This document shows positions 9,946 to 20,933 of a DNA stretch of 64,000 nt, piece by piece. The notes below the pieces were generated by a model. It searched no databases and was not told the origin of the DNA. It was given only the letters and a program-made list of their open reading frames with translations. Location: contig CAZSSP010000003.1 of the NCBI GenBank assembly GCA_964609695.1, positions 112,224-176,223 of the forward strand, in the 5' to 3' direction. The position numbers were made by a program, and so were the translations under genes. The stretch is from an uncultured Bacteriovoracaceae bacterium (lineage in GTDB: Bacteria; Bdellovibrionota; UBA2428). Positions within the stretch are counted from its first letter, which is position 1. Every line of letters starts with the position of its first letter.

Positions 9946-10195
9946 CTCTTATGCCCTCTTTGAAGTTTGATAAATCTTTTATTTCATATTGATCGGCTTC
10001 AACTTTTTTGCTCTCAATTTTCTCTGAAGATTTTCCACCAATCGCATTGGCGACATCACCTATCTTTCTTCTAAGGTTTGTGGAGAGTACTTGGATGACT
10101 GCAATTGAGGCAATTCCAACAAGAGCGACAAGAATTAGATACTCCGCGATGGCTTGTCCGCGTCTGTTTTTTGCTTGGTTCTTATTTATATTCAT
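9932..10195 (-). CDS. flp: Flp family type IVb pilin
   Basis: 87 aa. RRG/QAIAEYLILVALVGIASIAVI matches the Flp_Fap prepilin motif (G/xxxxEY plus hydrophobic helix). Confidence 0.7.
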   Translation of the reverse strand: MNINKNQAKNRRGQAIAEYLILVALVGIASIAVIQVLSTNLRRKIGDVANAIGGKSSEKIESKKVEADQYEIKDLSNFKEGIRDAEK

Positions 10196-10250
10196 AGCTT
10201 AACCTTTCCTTAGGACGACAAATAACTGGCGAGGTCCTAGGCCAAGCCCT

Positions 10251-10266
10251 TGCTAAAATAGTGCCA
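10251..10266 (-). promoter_or_regulatory. Sigma-54 (-24/-12) promoter candidate upstream of the Flp pilin gene
   Basis: Minus-strand sequence TGGCACtatttTAGCA has GG and GC elements at the correct 10-nt spacing, about 55 nt upstream of the pilin start codon. Confidence 0.5.
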
Positions 10267-11073
10267 ATGAGTCGCATTTATAAAAAGAAAATTCATTTAG
10301 AGCGCCCCGAGGCTTATATTCTGGGAGTTCTTGTAGTTTTGGTGGCAGGAATGAATTTCATATTAGGTTTTATGTACGGAATGAAAAGATCGGGTGGAGT
10401 CGTAGCTTTAAATACACATGGTGCGACTGAGCACGGTGAAAGATCTCCAGCGTCAGTTGATGAAGGACATGAAAAAGTTGGTGAAACTCACGCTGATGAA
10501 ATTGAATCTAAAGCGGAAATGATGAAAGTTTATGAAAATTCTAAAAAATTCGCTTTGGAGGAAACGCTTTTAAAACAACAATATCGAGTAGAGCCTAAGT
10601 CTATTTCAGACTTAAAGGCCGATATGTATGAAAAGCAAAAGAATGGTCGAGAGCCTGCGGAGGCAGAAAATGTCGAAAACAAAACTTCTGATGCTCCTAT
10701 GCCCGAAGAGACTCTTGCAGAGAGTGCACCAGAAAAAGCTGTAGCCGATGAGCTTCGAGGTCCAAGTTCAACTTCGGTCAAATCGCTTTTTGAGCAGGGC
10801 GAAGAAGATAGAAAAGTTTTTATTCCAACTCCAGATCATTGGACTATTCAGGTGGGTTCTTATCCCACTAAAGATCAGGCCCAAGCTAAACTGGATCTGC
10901 TGCTTAAGGGCGATGTGGCTGAGAGTTATATCCGTGAAAAAAAAGTTAAAGGTAATTCTTGGTATAGCGTCTTTGTTGGTTCTCATTCAAATAAGCAATG
11001 GTCAGAGCGCCTTGCTAAAAGACTCATTGAGCGCAAACTCATTGAAGACTACATAGTCGATAAAGTACCTTAA
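10261..11073 (+). CDS. SPOR-domain protein (peptidoglycan-binding), N-terminal TM
   Basis: N-terminal TM (ILGVLVVLVAGMNFILGF), acidic linker. C-terminal WTIQVGSYPTKDQAQAKL...NSWYSVFVGSHS is typical of a SPOR domain. Confidence 0.6.
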   Translation: MPMSRIYKKKIHLERPEAYILGVLVVLVAGMNFILGFMYGMKRSGGVVALNTHGATEHGERSPASVDEGHEKVGETHADEIESKAEMMKVYENSKKFALEETLLKQQYRVEPKSISDLKADMYEKQKNGREPAEAENVENKTSDAPMPEETLAESAPEKAVADELRGPSSTSVKSLFEQGEEDRKVFIPTPDHWTIQVGSYPTKDQAQAKLDLLLKGDVAESYIREKKVKGNSWYSVFVGSHSNKQWSERLAKRLIERKLIEDYIVDKVP

Positions 11074-11079
11074 AGATTG

Positions 11080-12054
11080 TTAATCGATATTTTGCCATTC
11101 TCCAGCAGATAAATAATGAGCGAGTTTTCCAGTGATTTGTGGTGGGAGGCTTTCCGCTTTAATCTCGCCAGATTGTGTTCGCATTCCAGAGTACATTAAG
11201 CAATGTTCAAGCTCTCGAATGTTTCCAGGCCAATTATGATTGAGCATGAGCTCAAAACTTTCAGAGGATATTTCTCTGGCTGTTATTCCATTAACTTTTT
11301 CAATTTTTTTCTGAAGACCGCTGATGAGCATGGGTAAATCTTCTTTGCGATGTCTTAGGGCAGGAATGTAAATTGGGCAAATGTTGAGTCGATAGTAGAG
11401 ATCTTTTCGGAATCGCCCCGAATCTATGAGAAATTCTAAAGGAAGGTTGCTGGCGGCGACGACTCGACATTCGATGATGGCGCATTGTTTTGATCCTAAT
11501 CTGTCGATTTCTTTGTTTTGTAAGACACGTAGAAGTTTTGCTTGAACATTAAGTGAAAGATTTTGAATTTCATCTAAAAACAAAAGTCCCTTTCGAGAGC
11601 TTTCAAATTTTCCATATTGTCGGTCGCGAGCAGAGGTGAAGGCTCCTCTTTCGTGTCCAAATAAAATGGATTCAGCAAGACTTTCGGGAATGGCCGCGCA
11701 ATTGACTGCGGTGAAGGGTGCTTCAATTTCATTATATCGATATTTGGCCAAATGCTGTCTATAAATAGTTTTGGCTATCATTTCTTTTCCAGAGCCAGTC
11801 TCTCCGATGACAAGTACAGTGAGCTCAGATTCTTGAGCCAGTTTTAAATCTTCTTTGAGTTTTTGCATGAGAGGGCTGATACCCCAAAACCAAGAGTTTT
11901 CTAGTTCTAGCTTTGTTTGAGCTTCGTTTGAATCTCTCAGCGTTCGAATGGAACTAAGATTTTTTCGTGGAAGTCCATTTGGGAAAAAATAACTTTCCTG
12001 AGTTTCGGTTTTGTCTTCTATATTTTTTTTCATAAAGTTCCTTTCAATTTCCAC
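11080..12054 (-). CDS. Sigma-54-dependent transcriptional activator (AAA+ core only)
   Basis: Walker A GETGSGKE, GAFTSA (GAFTGA-like) sigma-54 contact motif, Walker B LFLDEI. No receiver/GAF N-domain and no obvious Fis-type HTH at the C-terminus. Confidence 0.8.
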   Translation of the reverse strand: MEIERNFMKKNIEDKTETQESYFFPNGLPRKNLSSIRTLRDSNEAQTKLELENSWFWGISPLMQKLKEDLKLAQESELTVLVIGETGSGKEMIAKTIYRQHLAKYRYNEIEAPFTAVNCAAIPESLAESILFGHERGAFTSARDRQYGKFESSRKGLLFLDEIQNLSLNVQAKLLRVLQNKEIDRLGSKQCAIIECRVVAASNLPLEFLIDSGRFRKDLYYRLNICPIYIPALRHRKEDLPMLISGLQKKIEKVNGITAREISSESFELMLNHNWPGNIRELEHCLMYSGMRTQSGEIKAESLPPQITGKLAHYLSAGEWQNID

Positions 12055-12272
12055 TTAGGGTGGAAAGAGTCGGGCCTTTAGCAAATTAGATGCCAAAAAT
12101 TCATTTTTTTAATTTTCAGTAACTTAGAAGCTTTTTAAATTGAGGAGCCTCATCAAAAATCATAGAGATTCCGATTTTCTGGACTTTCTATGCTAAAATA
12201 GGGCCTGTTGGGGTTTCGAAAGAATTCTGACTAAATTTTTTATTCTTAAGGACGGCAACCGGGTTTAACGCA

Positions 12273-12518
12273 GTGAATAAGACGGGAAGAAAGAAGATAT
12301 CAACAACTGTTTACCTCACAGAAGAGCAGGTAGATGCGTTGAAAGAACTTCATCAGCGCACACGTGTCCCCATCGCAGAATACATTCGATTGGGAATTGA
12401 TATGGTTTTAAAGCAACATAGAGAAAGTCTTCCTGGACAAATCTCTCTCTTTGAGGGATTGGAAGAGGAGCTGGATTCAGCGGACAAGGCCGATGACGAC
12501 TCCGAACAAGATTCTTAG
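12273..12518 (+). CDS. Ribbon-helix-helix (CopG/Arc-like) small DNA-binding protein
   Basis: 81 aa. [23 protein letters not shown]...IAEYIRLGI matches the RHH beta-strand plus two-helix pattern. Acidic C-terminal tail. Confidence 0.4.
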   Translation: MNKTGRKKISTTVYLTEEQVDALKELHQRTRVPIAEYIRLGIDMVLKQHRESLPGQISLFEGLEEELDSADKADDDSEQDS

Positions 12519-14352
12519 AAATTTTTCAATTATTGCCCATATCGATCATGGCAAATCGACGTTGGCCGATCGGATTATTGAATGCACGGGCGCGATCACA
12601 AAACGTGAAATGCAAAGCCAGGTACTCGATAATATGGACATCGAGCGTGAGCGCGGAATTACAATTAAAGCTCAAACCATTCGTCTCAATTATAAAGCCA
12701 AGGATGGAAACAATTACGTTCTTAATTTGATCGATACTCCCGGACACGTAGACTTCACTTATGAGGTGTCTCGCTCCTTGGCTGCTTGTGAGGGCGCTGT
12801 TCTTGTTATTGATGCCTCTCAAGGTGTTGAGGCTCAAACATTGGCTAATCTCTATTTAGCATTAGACAATGATTTAGATATTATTCCTGTTATTAATAAA
12901 ATCGATCTTCCTTCTGCGGATGTTGATGGCGTTAAAAAGCAAATTGAAGACGTTATTGGACTTCCAGGTGATGATGCTATTCCGGCTTCCGCTAAAGAAG
13001 GTATTGGTATCAGTGATATTCTTGAGGCGGTTGTTAATAAAATCCCATCTCCTCAAGGTGAACTCTCTCACCCGCTTCAAGCTTTGATAATGGATTCTTG
13101 GTACGACAATTATCAGGGAACCGTCATGTTGATTCGTATTATGGAAGGCACCCTCCGTAAGGGTGATCGCCTTCAAATGATGTACATGAATAAAATGTTG
13201 CGCTCTGAAGATAAGGAACCACGTTTTTATCAGGTGATTCGAATGGGATACATCACTCCAAAATATATTGATATTGAGGAGGCAGGTCCTGGGGAGGTTA
13301 TATTCTTAATTTGTGGTATTAAAACTGTTCGTGACACTCGAATAGGTGACACCATCACGCATTGGCATGAGCAAAGCACTGAAAATTATTTGCCTCCTGT
13401 GGCCACTGAGCCCTTAGAAGGTTTTAAAGAAGTTAAACCAGTCGTGTTCTCTGGGATTTTTCCTACTGATGGAAAAGATTATCCCAATTTAAAAGACGCA
13501 CTTGAAAAGTTATATCTCAATGATTCGGCATTAACATTTGAGCCCGAATCTTCGGCGGCTTTAGGTTTTGGATTCCGTTGTGGATATTTAGGTTTGCTCC
13601 ATATGGAGATTGTTCAAGAGAGATTAGAGCGAGAATATAATCTTAATCTGATTTCTACGGCTCCTGGTGTGAAATATCGGGTCACTAAAACTGATGGAAG
13701 TGTATTTGAGATTGATAATCCCGCTTTGCTTCCAGCTCCTCATATGATTGAAAAAGTTGAAGAGCCATATATAGTGGGCACGATACACACCCCCGCAGAA
13801 TATGTTGGGGCCATTATCGGTCTTTGTGAAAATCGTCGCGGTATTCAAGAGCGAATTGATTACATCACCCCTGAGCGTTGTGCTGTGATTTATCATTTGC
13901 CTTTGGGTGAAATGCTTTTTGATTTCTACGATAAGTTGAAGTCTATCACTAAGGGTTATGCAAGTTTTGACTATGAACTTGAGGACATGCGAGATAGTGA
14001 ACTTGTTAAATTGGATATTTTAATTAATGGAGAGGCTGTCGATGCACTTTCTATTATTGTTCATAAATCAAAATCCTATGACCGTGGTCGTGAACTCACG
14101 AAAAAGATGAAGGAAGTTATTCCGCGCCAACAATTTGAAGTGGCTATTCAGGCGACCATCGGATCGAAGGTTATTGCTCGAGAAACCGTGGGCGCATTAA
14201 GGAAAAACGTTTTGGCCAAATGTTATGGTGGGGATATTTCTAGAAAGCGAAAACTTCTAGAGAAACAAAAAGAGGGTAAGAAGCGTATGAAGTCTATCGG
14301 CTTAGTCGAAGTGCCTCAAGAAGCTTTCTTAGCCATTCTTAAGGTGGAGTGA
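12493..14352 (+). CDS. lepA: Elongation factor 4 (LepA)
   Basis: [19 protein letters not shown]1 motif, [13 protein letters not shown]. Full-length EF4 architecture. Start overlaps the upstream RHH ORF. Confidence 0.95.
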   Translation: MTTPNKILRNFSIIAHIDHGKSTLADRIIECTGAITKREMQSQVLDNMDIERERGITIKAQTIRLNYKAKDGNNYVLNLIDTPGHVDFTYEVSRSLAACEGAVLVIDASQGVEAQTLANLYLALDNDLDIIPVINKIDLPSADVDGVKKQIEDVIGLPGDDAIPASAKEGIGISDILEAVVNKIPSPQGELSHPLQALIMDSWYDNYQGTVMLIRIMEGTLRKGDRLQMMYMNKMLRSEDKEPRFYQVIRMGYITPKYIDIEEAGPGEVIFLICGIKTVRDTRIGDTITHWHEQSTENYLPPVATEPLEGFKEVKPVVFSGIFPTDGKDYPNLKDALEKLYLNDSALTFEPESSAALGFGFRCGYLGLLHMEIVQERLEREYNLNLISTAPGVKYRVTKTDGSVFEIDNPALLPAPHMIEKVEEPYIVGTIHTPAEYVGAIIGLCENRRGIQERIDYITPERCAVIYHLPLGEMLFDFYDKLKSITKGYASFDYELEDMRDSELVKLDILINGEAVDALSIIVHKSKSYDRGRELTKKMKEVIPRQQFEVAIQATIGSKVIARETVGALRKNVLAKCYGGDISRKRKLLEKQKEGKKRMKSIGLVEVPQEAFLAILKVE

Positions 14353-15239
14353 TGCTTAAAAAAGATTTGCTTAATGTTGCAGATTTGAGTGATCAGGATT
14401 TAAAAAAAATAATTCTTAAAGCAGCTTTTGAGAAACTACCTTCAAAAGCCTACAGCAACAAAGTCTCTGCGGCGGCTTTGGTTTTTTTCGAAAACTCATC
14501 TAGGACACGAATGAGTTTTGAGCGAGCTTGTCAAGTTGTAGGTCGTCCTTATTCTGTTTTTGATGTTGAACAGTCTTCGATTTCTAAAGGCGAAACTCTC
14601 AAGGAAACTTTTGAAGTTCTTCATGATTATGGATATCGATATTTTATTGTTCGAATTAAAGAAGAAGGTCTTCTTCGACAATTACAGGAATTAGAAGGCT
14701 CTCATGTGATTAGTGCGGGTGAGGGAACTGTTTCTCATCCCACTCAGGTGTTGGGAGATGCTGCGGCCCTGCTTTCTTATACGAAAAAAAAGGACATTAA
14801 AGCTCTTAAGGGTTTAAAAATGGCTATTGTGGGCGACCTTTTACACTCAAGGGTGGCCAAGTCTTGGTACGATTTGGCGCCTAGATTGGGAATCAAGTTA
14901 ACTTTGGTCTCTCCTCATAATTGGCGTCCAGATTGGGGCAATGAACTTCCTTATTTTGATTCACTCCGTAAAGCTCAAAAGGACTGCGATGCTATTATGG
15001 CTCTTAGGGTGCAAAGAGAGCGTCATGGTGCGAGTTCTGGCGACCGTGAATGGCAAAATTATCTTAGAAATTTTCAGTTGAGAAAGTCTGATTTAACTTT
15101 AAAACAAGTTTATTTACATCCCGGCCCTACAAATTGGGGTGTGGAGCTCTCAGAAGAACTCTACGCGGTATCTAAGGCAAACTTAATTTCATTACAGCGT
15201 AAAAAATGCTTTCACGTTAGAGCCTTGTTATTGAGTTAA
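14352..15239 (+). CDS. pyrB: Aspartate carbamoyltransferase catalytic subunit
   Basis: SSRTRMSFE (STRTR motif), HPTQ, LHSR and LHPGP motifs. Start overlaps the lepA stop (TGATG). Confidence 0.8.
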   Translation: MLKKDLLNVADLSDQDLKKIILKAAFEKLPSKAYSNKVSAAALVFFENSSRTRMSFERACQVVGRPYSVFDVEQSSISKGETLKETFEVLHDYGYRYFIVRIKEEGLLRQLQELEGSHVISAGEGTVSHPTQVLGDAAALLSYTKKKDIKALKGLKMAIVGDLLHSRVAKSWYDLAPRLGIKLTLVSPHNWRPDWGNELPYFDSLRKAQKDCDAIMALRVQRERHGASSGDREWQNYLRNFQLRKSDLTLKQVYLHPGPTNWGVELSEELYAVSKANLISLQRKKCFHVRALLLS

Positions 15240-15377
15240 TAAGCGCTGTCGCGGAGCCTCTAGAGAGTTTAGTGTCACTATGACGCAAGTCTCTCTGAAA
15301 ACAGGGGGGGCAAAGATGCAAAATCTAGCTTTTTTCTTGCAGTCTAATGGAATATCGACCAAAGTTTTATTTTTAGA

Positions 15378-16544
15378 ATGACCGAAAAAATCCCTGTTCA
15401 AATTGTCCTTGAAAAAGGTGCCCTTTTGGAAGGCCGCGGGTGGGGTGATTTTTCCAATTATCGTTCTGGTGAGTTTGTTTTTAGCACGGCGATGAGCGGT
15501 ATTGAAGAATCTCTAACTGACCCCAGTTTTGCCAAACAAGTTTTAGTCAATACGGTGTCTCATGTGGGTAACACAGGGATAAATTTAGAAGATCACGAAA
15601 GTTCAAAGATGTGGGCTGAGGGTCTAATCTGTCGTCATGTAGAAACGGTGCCTTCAAGTTGGCGATCGCGATTGAGTCTTCCTACTTGGATACAAGAACA
15701 GAAAAAGTTTTTGGTAGATAAAGTGGACACTCGAAAACTGACAATTTTTTTAAGAGAGACTGGATCGCAAAGAGGATTGGTTTTTCCAAAGGGGAAGCTC
15801 AGCATAGAAGCTGCCCAAAAGTATATTTTAGAAAATGTTCCTTCAATGGCGTCTTTAGAATTAAGTCGTCATGTCTCTTGCGAGAAAGCCTATGACTTCA
15901 CTACAGACACGCAGGCTTATTGGCCCATGAAAGATATTACGCGTGGCCAAGAGTCTAGCCTAAGACCTAAAGTTTTAGTTTGGGACTTTGGGGTGAAGAC
16001 TAATACGTTGAGATGGCTTCATTATCTGGGATTAGATGTTAGTGTTTTGCCTGCGACAGCTAAGGCCGAGGATTTTTTATCGACGAAAGCCTCTGGAATT
16101 TTATTGAGCAATGGCCCAGGAGATCCCGGGGCAGCTACTTTTTTACACGAGGAATTAAAAAAACTTTTAGGGCGAATTCCGATTTTTGGAATTTGTATGG
16201 GTCATCAACTTCTTGGAATTGCCTTAGGTGCTAAAACTCGAAAAATGAAGTTTGGACATCGAGGAATTCACCATCCTGTTGTGCAGTTCGATAAGGCTCG
16301 TAATCCCTTAAGAACGTGGATCACAAGTCAAAATCATGGTTTTGAGGTTGAAGAGGCTTCATTACCCTCCAATGTGTGGGTGAGTTTTCGCCATGCAGAT
16401 GATCAATCCGTTGAAGGATTGGAAGCCCCCAATCAGAAATGTTTTTCTGTTCAATTTCATCCGGAGTCCGCGCCTGGACCCTTCGATTGTTTTGATCTCT
16501 TTAAACGTTTTCAAGAGGAAGTTGTGAATTATGTTAGTCGATGA
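15378..16544 (+). CDS. carA: Carbamoyl-phosphate synthase small subunit (glutamine amidotransferase)
   Basis: GATase class I catalytic region GICMGHQLLGIALGAKT. CPSase small-chain N-domain. Confidence 0.9.
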   Translation: MTEKIPVQIVLEKGALLEGRGWGDFSNYRSGEFVFSTAMSGIEESLTDPSFAKQVLVNTVSHVGNTGINLEDHESSKMWAEGLICRHVETVPSSWRSRLSLPTWIQEQKKFLVDKVDTRKLTIFLRETGSQRGLVFPKGKLSIEAAQKYILENVPSMASLELSRHVSCEKAYDFTTDTQAYWPMKDITRGQESSLRPKVLVWDFGVKTNTLRWLHYLGLDVSVLPATAKAEDFLSTKASGILLSNGPGDPGAATFLHEELKKLLGRIPIFGICMGHQLLGIALGAKTRKMKFGHRGIHHPVVQFDKARNPLRTWITSQNHGFEVEEASLPSNVWVSFRHADDQSVEGLEAPNQKCFSVQFHPESAPGPFDCFDLFKRFQEEVVNYVSR

Positions 16545-17169
16545 ATATTTAGCCCGAGTCATAGAAGCCTACTTTAAAGATGAATATTACGAAGAAATTA
16601 AAGTGGCTCGAGACGAATTTTTTGCGGCCACTGGAAACGTGGCCGATGGTTCTGAACATTTCGAAGCTAAAATGAATAACTTTTTGGATTGGTATGTTTT
16701 TGATCGCCCCTTAAAAAAAATTGGGATTGTTCCTATAAAAGCTTTTGTTCAAGATCATACAAAAGAAATGAGTGAAGAAGAGCGGGGAATATACGATGAC
16801 TTCAGTCTTTCAAAGGTTTCAGTATATGAAATGCTAAAAATAAAAGGCAACGATCTTTACGTGCAAGATCTTTTCGACCGCGAAAAATGTGTGATTGAAG
16901 AGTCTGAGCTTTCTTCTGGATTTACAAAGGGCGATATTTTTCAAACTCGTCTACTTAAATATCGCGAGAGATTGTTGCTCGGAAGCGCTTTTGTTTTTCA
17001 CCCCTATGAAGCCAAGGCTTTCATTCAAAAACAAATTAAAAAGGTCAAATACTTAAAAGATGCTCATAGGCAAACATTGCTCCATAAGCTTTCAGCAATG
17101 AAGCAAAAGGCTGAGCAATACACACACATTGACGTTAAATATATTTATTCGGAAGAACCCATACTATGA
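16531..17169 (+). CDS. Hypothetical protein inserted between carA and carB
   Basis: 212-aa ORF overlapping the carA end by 14 nt and the carB start by 4 nt. No recognisable motif. Confidence 0.5.
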   Translation: MLVDEYLARVIEAYFKDEYYEEIKVARDEFFAATGNVADGSEHFEAKMNNFLDWYVFDRPLKKIGIVPIKAFVQDHTKEMSEEERGIYDDFSLSKVSVYEMLKIKGNDLYVQDLFDREKCVIEESELSSGFTKGDIFQTRLLKYRERLLLGSAFVFHPYEAKAFIQKQIKKVKYLKDAHRQTLLHKLSAMKQKAEQYTHIDVKYIYSEEPIL

Positions 17170-20100
17170 GTCGAGCCAAAACTTTTAATACGGTGATGAT
17201 ATTGGGAAGTGGTCCCATCACCATCGGACAAGCTTGTGAATTTGATTATTCAGGAACTCAAGCCTGTAGAGCATTAAAAGAAGAAGGTTATAAAGTTATA
17301 CTGCTCAATTCCAATCCGGCGACGATTATGACCGATCCTGGTGTAGCCGATAGAACTTATATTGAGCCCTTGGATCCTTCCGTAGTGATAGAGATTCTTC
17401 GAAAAGAAGGTGTTGATGCTATTTTGCCCACCATGGGAGGGCAAACGGCACTCAATATTATAATGAATTTAGCCAACATCCCACATGCCCTAGACGGTGT
17501 TGAGATTATAGGAGCCAATTTAAGAGCCATTCACTTGGCGGAAAATCGCAGAGCTTTTCGTGAGCTTGTTGAAAGTTTGGGAATGGATTCTCCCAGGTCT
17601 GCAATTATACGAAACATTGATGATGCTCGTGCTTTTGTTGAAGATGTTGGTTTTCCTTTTATTTTGCGTCCAAGTTTTACATTGGGTGGATCAGGCCAGA
17701 GCATTGTTTTTTCGTCTGAAGAGCTGATTGATAAAACCAATAGAGCTCTTGAATATAGTCCTATTGGCGAAGCTCTTGTTGAAGAAAGTGTGAAAGGTTG
17801 GAAAGAGTTTGAACTTGAGGTCATGAGAGATCGTCAAGACAACGCCATTGTTGTTTGTAGTATTGAGAATTTAGACCCAATGGGTGTGCATACCGGAGAT
17901 TCTATTACGGTAGCGCCACAGCAAACTCTTACCGATAGAGAGTATCAAGCGATGCGCTGGGAAGCACTTCGTTTAATACGTGCTGTAGGTGTTGAGACGG
18001 GTGGATGTAACGTGCAGTTTGCTGTGAATCCGCTCAATGGCAGAAGAGTTGTTATCGAAATGAATCCGCGTGTGTCTCGCTCTTCGGCTTTAGCCTCTAA
18101 GGCCACAGGATTTCCGATTGCTTATGTAGCCACTAAGTTGGCTATTGGTTACAATCTTTCTGAAGTTGATAATAGAATCACTTTAAGCACTAAGGCTTGT
18201 TTTGAACCTCCAATTGATTATGTGGCTTTAAAAATTCCTCGATTTCATTTTGAAAAATTTCCAGGGGCTATAGATGAATTGCTTCCTCAAATGCAAAGTG
18301 TGGGAGAGGTTTTATCTTTTGGCACGAGTTTAGGAGAGGCCTACCATAAAGCGCTTAATAGTTTAGAGAGAAAGTGGCCCCAATTTAAACCGGTAGATTC
18401 ACAAAATCCACAAGAGGCCTGGAGCTTTGAAAAAGAAGACTTGCTGATAAAAGCTCATTCCAAAAGATCTTTTGCCGTTTGGGATGCTTTAGCTTGTGGC
18501 GTATCTCCAGAAGAAGTGGCCCATTGGATGGAGTGGGACCCGTGGTTCACGCGGCAATTAAAATTGTATCAAGAAGAAAATTCATTGGGGCCTCGAGCAA
18601 TAAATCTTTCTAAAGATAATCCTCATTTTGAAATGATAGACACTTGTTCGGGTGAGAATAGAGTGCAAACTTCTTATTTTTATTCGACAAGAGAAAATTT
18701 TTCATTTGAGTCTCCGCAAAATCCTTATTTAGAAACACAAAGTTTAGCTTTACCTAAAGATAAACGTGGTCGAGCTGTGATATTGGGTTCTGGCCCAAAT
18801 CGTATTGGTCAGGGTGTGGAATTTGATTATTGCTGCGTTCATGCTTCCTTGGCTTTATTAAAGCTAGGATTTGAAACAGTTATGATTAACTGTAATCCTG
18901 AAACTGTAAGCACCGATCCGACTACATCGACTCGTTTATATTTAGAGCCCTTACATGAAGATTCTGTTCGAGCTATTCTTGAAAAGGAATTGGGACCTTT
19001 AAAGGCTGCCGGTCAAGAAGCTTTTGTTGTGATTCAAATGGGTGGTCAAACACCCTTAAAATTAGCTTCGAAGATTGAATCTTGGGGCTATAAATTATTA
19101 GGAACCACTCAACAGAGTATTGATTTGTGTGAAGATCGCGAAAAATTCGCTAAGTTTCTAAAGAAAAATAATATTCATTATCCAAGTTTTGCATCGGCTA
19201 CGACTCTTGAAGAATCTATAAAAGTTGTAAAAAAAATTGGTTATCCAGTATTAGTGAGGCCCTCCTATGTTTTGGGTGGGCGGGGTATGAAAATTTGTTA
19301 TTCTGATTTAGAACTTACAGAAGCTTTTCATGCAGCTAAGCAAGTGAATTCTGATTTCCCTTTATATCTGGACAAATATCTTAAAGATGCCATTGAATAT
19401 GACATTGATGGACTCTGCGATGGAAAAAAAGCTTGGGTTGCGGGAGTTATGGAACACGTTGAAGAGGCGGGAATACATAGCGGTGATTCTAGTTGCGTGA
19501 TTCCACCTTTTAGATTGCCTGCTTCAAAGATTGATGAAATGGCCGGGATTGCTAAAAAAATTGCGGTAGGTTCTGGAGGAAAAGGTTTCTTTAATATTCA
19601 AATGGCAGTTGTGGGCGAAGATGTTTTCGTTATCGAAGCCAATCCTCGAGCTTCTCGTACGGTGCCATTTTTAGCAAAAGCCACTGGCTATTCTTTGGTC
19701 GAGTGGGCGATTCGCTCTGCTTTAGGTGAAGAGTCGGTTTCTGAAATTGTGAAAGAAGCACCTATCCCTGGAAATTATCGCTTACCTAGTCATGGATATG
19801 CCGTGAAAACACCTGTCTTTCCGTTTGAGAAATTTAGAAATGTGGATCCAATTTTAGGACCAGAAATGAGAAGTACGGGTGAAGTTATGGGCGTGGGTCC
19901 CAATGCCGGAGATGCTTTGGCTAAATCGTTTTTAGCCTCTGGAGTTAAGCTTCCCGAAAAAGGCGGAATTTTGTTGAGTGTGAAGGATCGAGATAAAAAT
20001 CGATTGCTTCCCATCGCAAGGGGCCTTTCTTTAATGGGCTTTAGACTTTTGGGAACTCCTGGCACTTCAAGTTTTTTAGTCAGAGCGGGAATTGATTGTG

Positions 20101-20381
20101 AACAAGTTCAAAAAATTGGGCAAGCACCCATGGGACAAGATTTACTTCATTTCTTGCAGTCTTCAAAAGTACAAATGGTGGTGAACACTACTGAAACAGC
20201 AGGTTCCTTTAAAGATGGTGAAAGTATTCGGCAGATTGCTTTAAGGTTGAGAATTCCTCTTATGAGTACAATTTCTGCTGCTGAAATGGCACTTATGGCT
20301 ATTGAGAGACTTAAAAAGGGCCATATTCCTACAGTTTGCTTGCAAGACTTCATTGCAGGCGCTCAATTGACGCAGGTTTAA
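17166..20381 (+). CDS. carB: Carbamoyl-phosphate synthase large subunit
   Basis: 1071 aa. Duplicated ATP-grasp halves ([23 protein letters not shown] and [22 protein letters not shown]). MGS-like C-terminus. Confidence 0.95.
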   Translation: MSRAKTFNTVMILGSGPITIGQACEFDYSGTQACRALKEEGYKVILLNSNPATIMTDPGVADRTYIEPLDPSVVIEILRKEGVDAILPTMGGQTALNIIMNLANIPHALDGVEIIGANLRAIHLAENRRAFRELVESLGMDSPRSAIIRNIDDARAFVEDVGFPFILRPSFTLGGSGQSIVFSSEELIDKTNRALEYSPIGEALVEESVKGWKEFELEVMRDRQDNAIVVCSIENLDPMGVHTGDSITVAPQQTLTDREYQAMRWEALRLIRAVGVETGGCNVQFAVNPLNGRRVVIEMNPRVSRSSALASKATGFPIAYVATKLAIGYNLSEVDNRITLSTKACFEPPIDYVALKIPRFHFEKFPGAIDELLPQMQSVGEVLSFGTSLGEAYHKALNSLERKWPQFKPVDSQNPQEAWSFEKEDLLIKAHSKRSFAVWDALACGVSPEEVAHWMEWDPWFTRQLKLYQEENSLGPRAINLSKDNPHFEMIDTCSGENRVQTSYFYSTRENFSFESPQNPYLETQSLALPKDKRGRAVILGSGPNRIGQGVEFDYCCVHASLALLKLGFETVMINCNPETVSTDPTTSTRLYLEPLHEDSVRAILEKELGPLKAAGQEAFVVIQMGGQTPLKLASKIESWGYKLLGTTQQSIDLCEDREKFAKFLKKNNIHYPSFASATTLEESIKVVKKIGYPVLVRPSYVLGGRGMKICYSDLELTEAFHAAKQVNSDFPLYLDKYLKDAIEYDIDGLCDGKKAWVAGVMEHVEEAGIHSGDSSCVIPPFRLPASKIDEMAGIAKKIAVGSGGKGFFNIQMAVVGEDVFVIEANPRASRTVPFLAKATGYSLVEWAIRSALGEESVSEIVKEAPIPGNYRLPSHGYAVKTPVFPFEKFRNVDPILGPEMRSTGEVMGVGPNAGDALAKSFLASGVKLPEKGGILLSVKDRDKNRLLPIARGLSLMGFRLLGTPGTSSFLVRAGIDCEQVQKIGQAPMGQDLLHFLQSSKVQMVVNTTETAGSFKDGESIRQIALRLRIPLMSTISAAEMALMAIERLKKGHIPTVCLQDFIAGAQLTQV

Positions 20382-20439
20382 GCATCTGGCAAATCATTAG
20401 TGCGGCCAAGAGTAATTACGCCGTTGAAGGATTGTTCTT

Positions 20440-20913
20440 ATGGAAGATAAAATACCCCTTACCATCGCTGGTAAAGAAGCTCTTGAAGCAGAATTAAAAA
20501 GACTCAAAGGCGTAGAACGTCCTGCTATAATTCATGCCATTGAAGTGGCGCGTGCCAATGGCGATCTTTCAGAAAATGCCGATTATCAATTTGCAAAAGA
20601 AAAGCAATCTTTTATTGAGGGAAGAATTTTAGATATTGGCGATAAGCTCGCCCGTGCTGAAGTGATCGACCCTTCTAAAATCCAGGCCGAAAAGGTTGTA
20701 TTTGGAGCAACTGTCACACTCGTAGACGAAGATGGAAAAGAAAGACGCTATCAGATTGTGGGTGAGCCAGAAGCGGATCTCGAAAAAGGAAAAATATCTG
20801 TCAGTTCACCTATATCCAGAGCTCTTTTGGGAAAAATTGCAGGCGATGAGGCTGTTGTTAGAAGTCCAAAGGGCGAAGTCGTTTATGAAGTGTCTAAGGT
20901 TGAATACATTTAA
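20440..20913 (+). CDS. greA: Transcription elongation factor GreA
   Basis: 157 aa. N-terminal coiled-coil with DLSENADY acidic tip motif. C-terminal FKBP-like domain. Confidence 0.9.
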   Translation: MEDKIPLTIAGKEALEAELKRLKGVERPAIIHAIEVARANGDLSENADYQFAKEKQSFIEGRILDIGDKLARAEVIDPSKIQAEKVVFGATVTLVDEDGKERRYQIVGEPEADLEKGKISVSSPISRALLGKIAGDEAVVRSPKGEVVYEVSKVEYI

Positions 20914-20933
20914 TAAAGGGGGCCTCGTTAGCG

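Noticed and set aside
12526-13896. ORFs overlapping lepA on either strand (12526-12837, 12533-12730, 12874-13176, 13624-13896)
   Set aside because: Within the lepA coding region. Out-of-frame or antisense artefacts.
15240-15377. Possible PyrR-binding attenuator hairpin between pyrB and carA (TCTAGAGAG…CTCTCTGA)
   Set aside because: The hairpin is real, but the loop does not match the PyrR consensus (UCCAGAGAGGCU) on the transcribed strand. Left uncalled.
17531-20353. Antisense ORFs inside carB (17531-17824, 19790-20065, 20147-20353)
   Set aside because: Embedded in carB. Low-complexity translations. No independent support.
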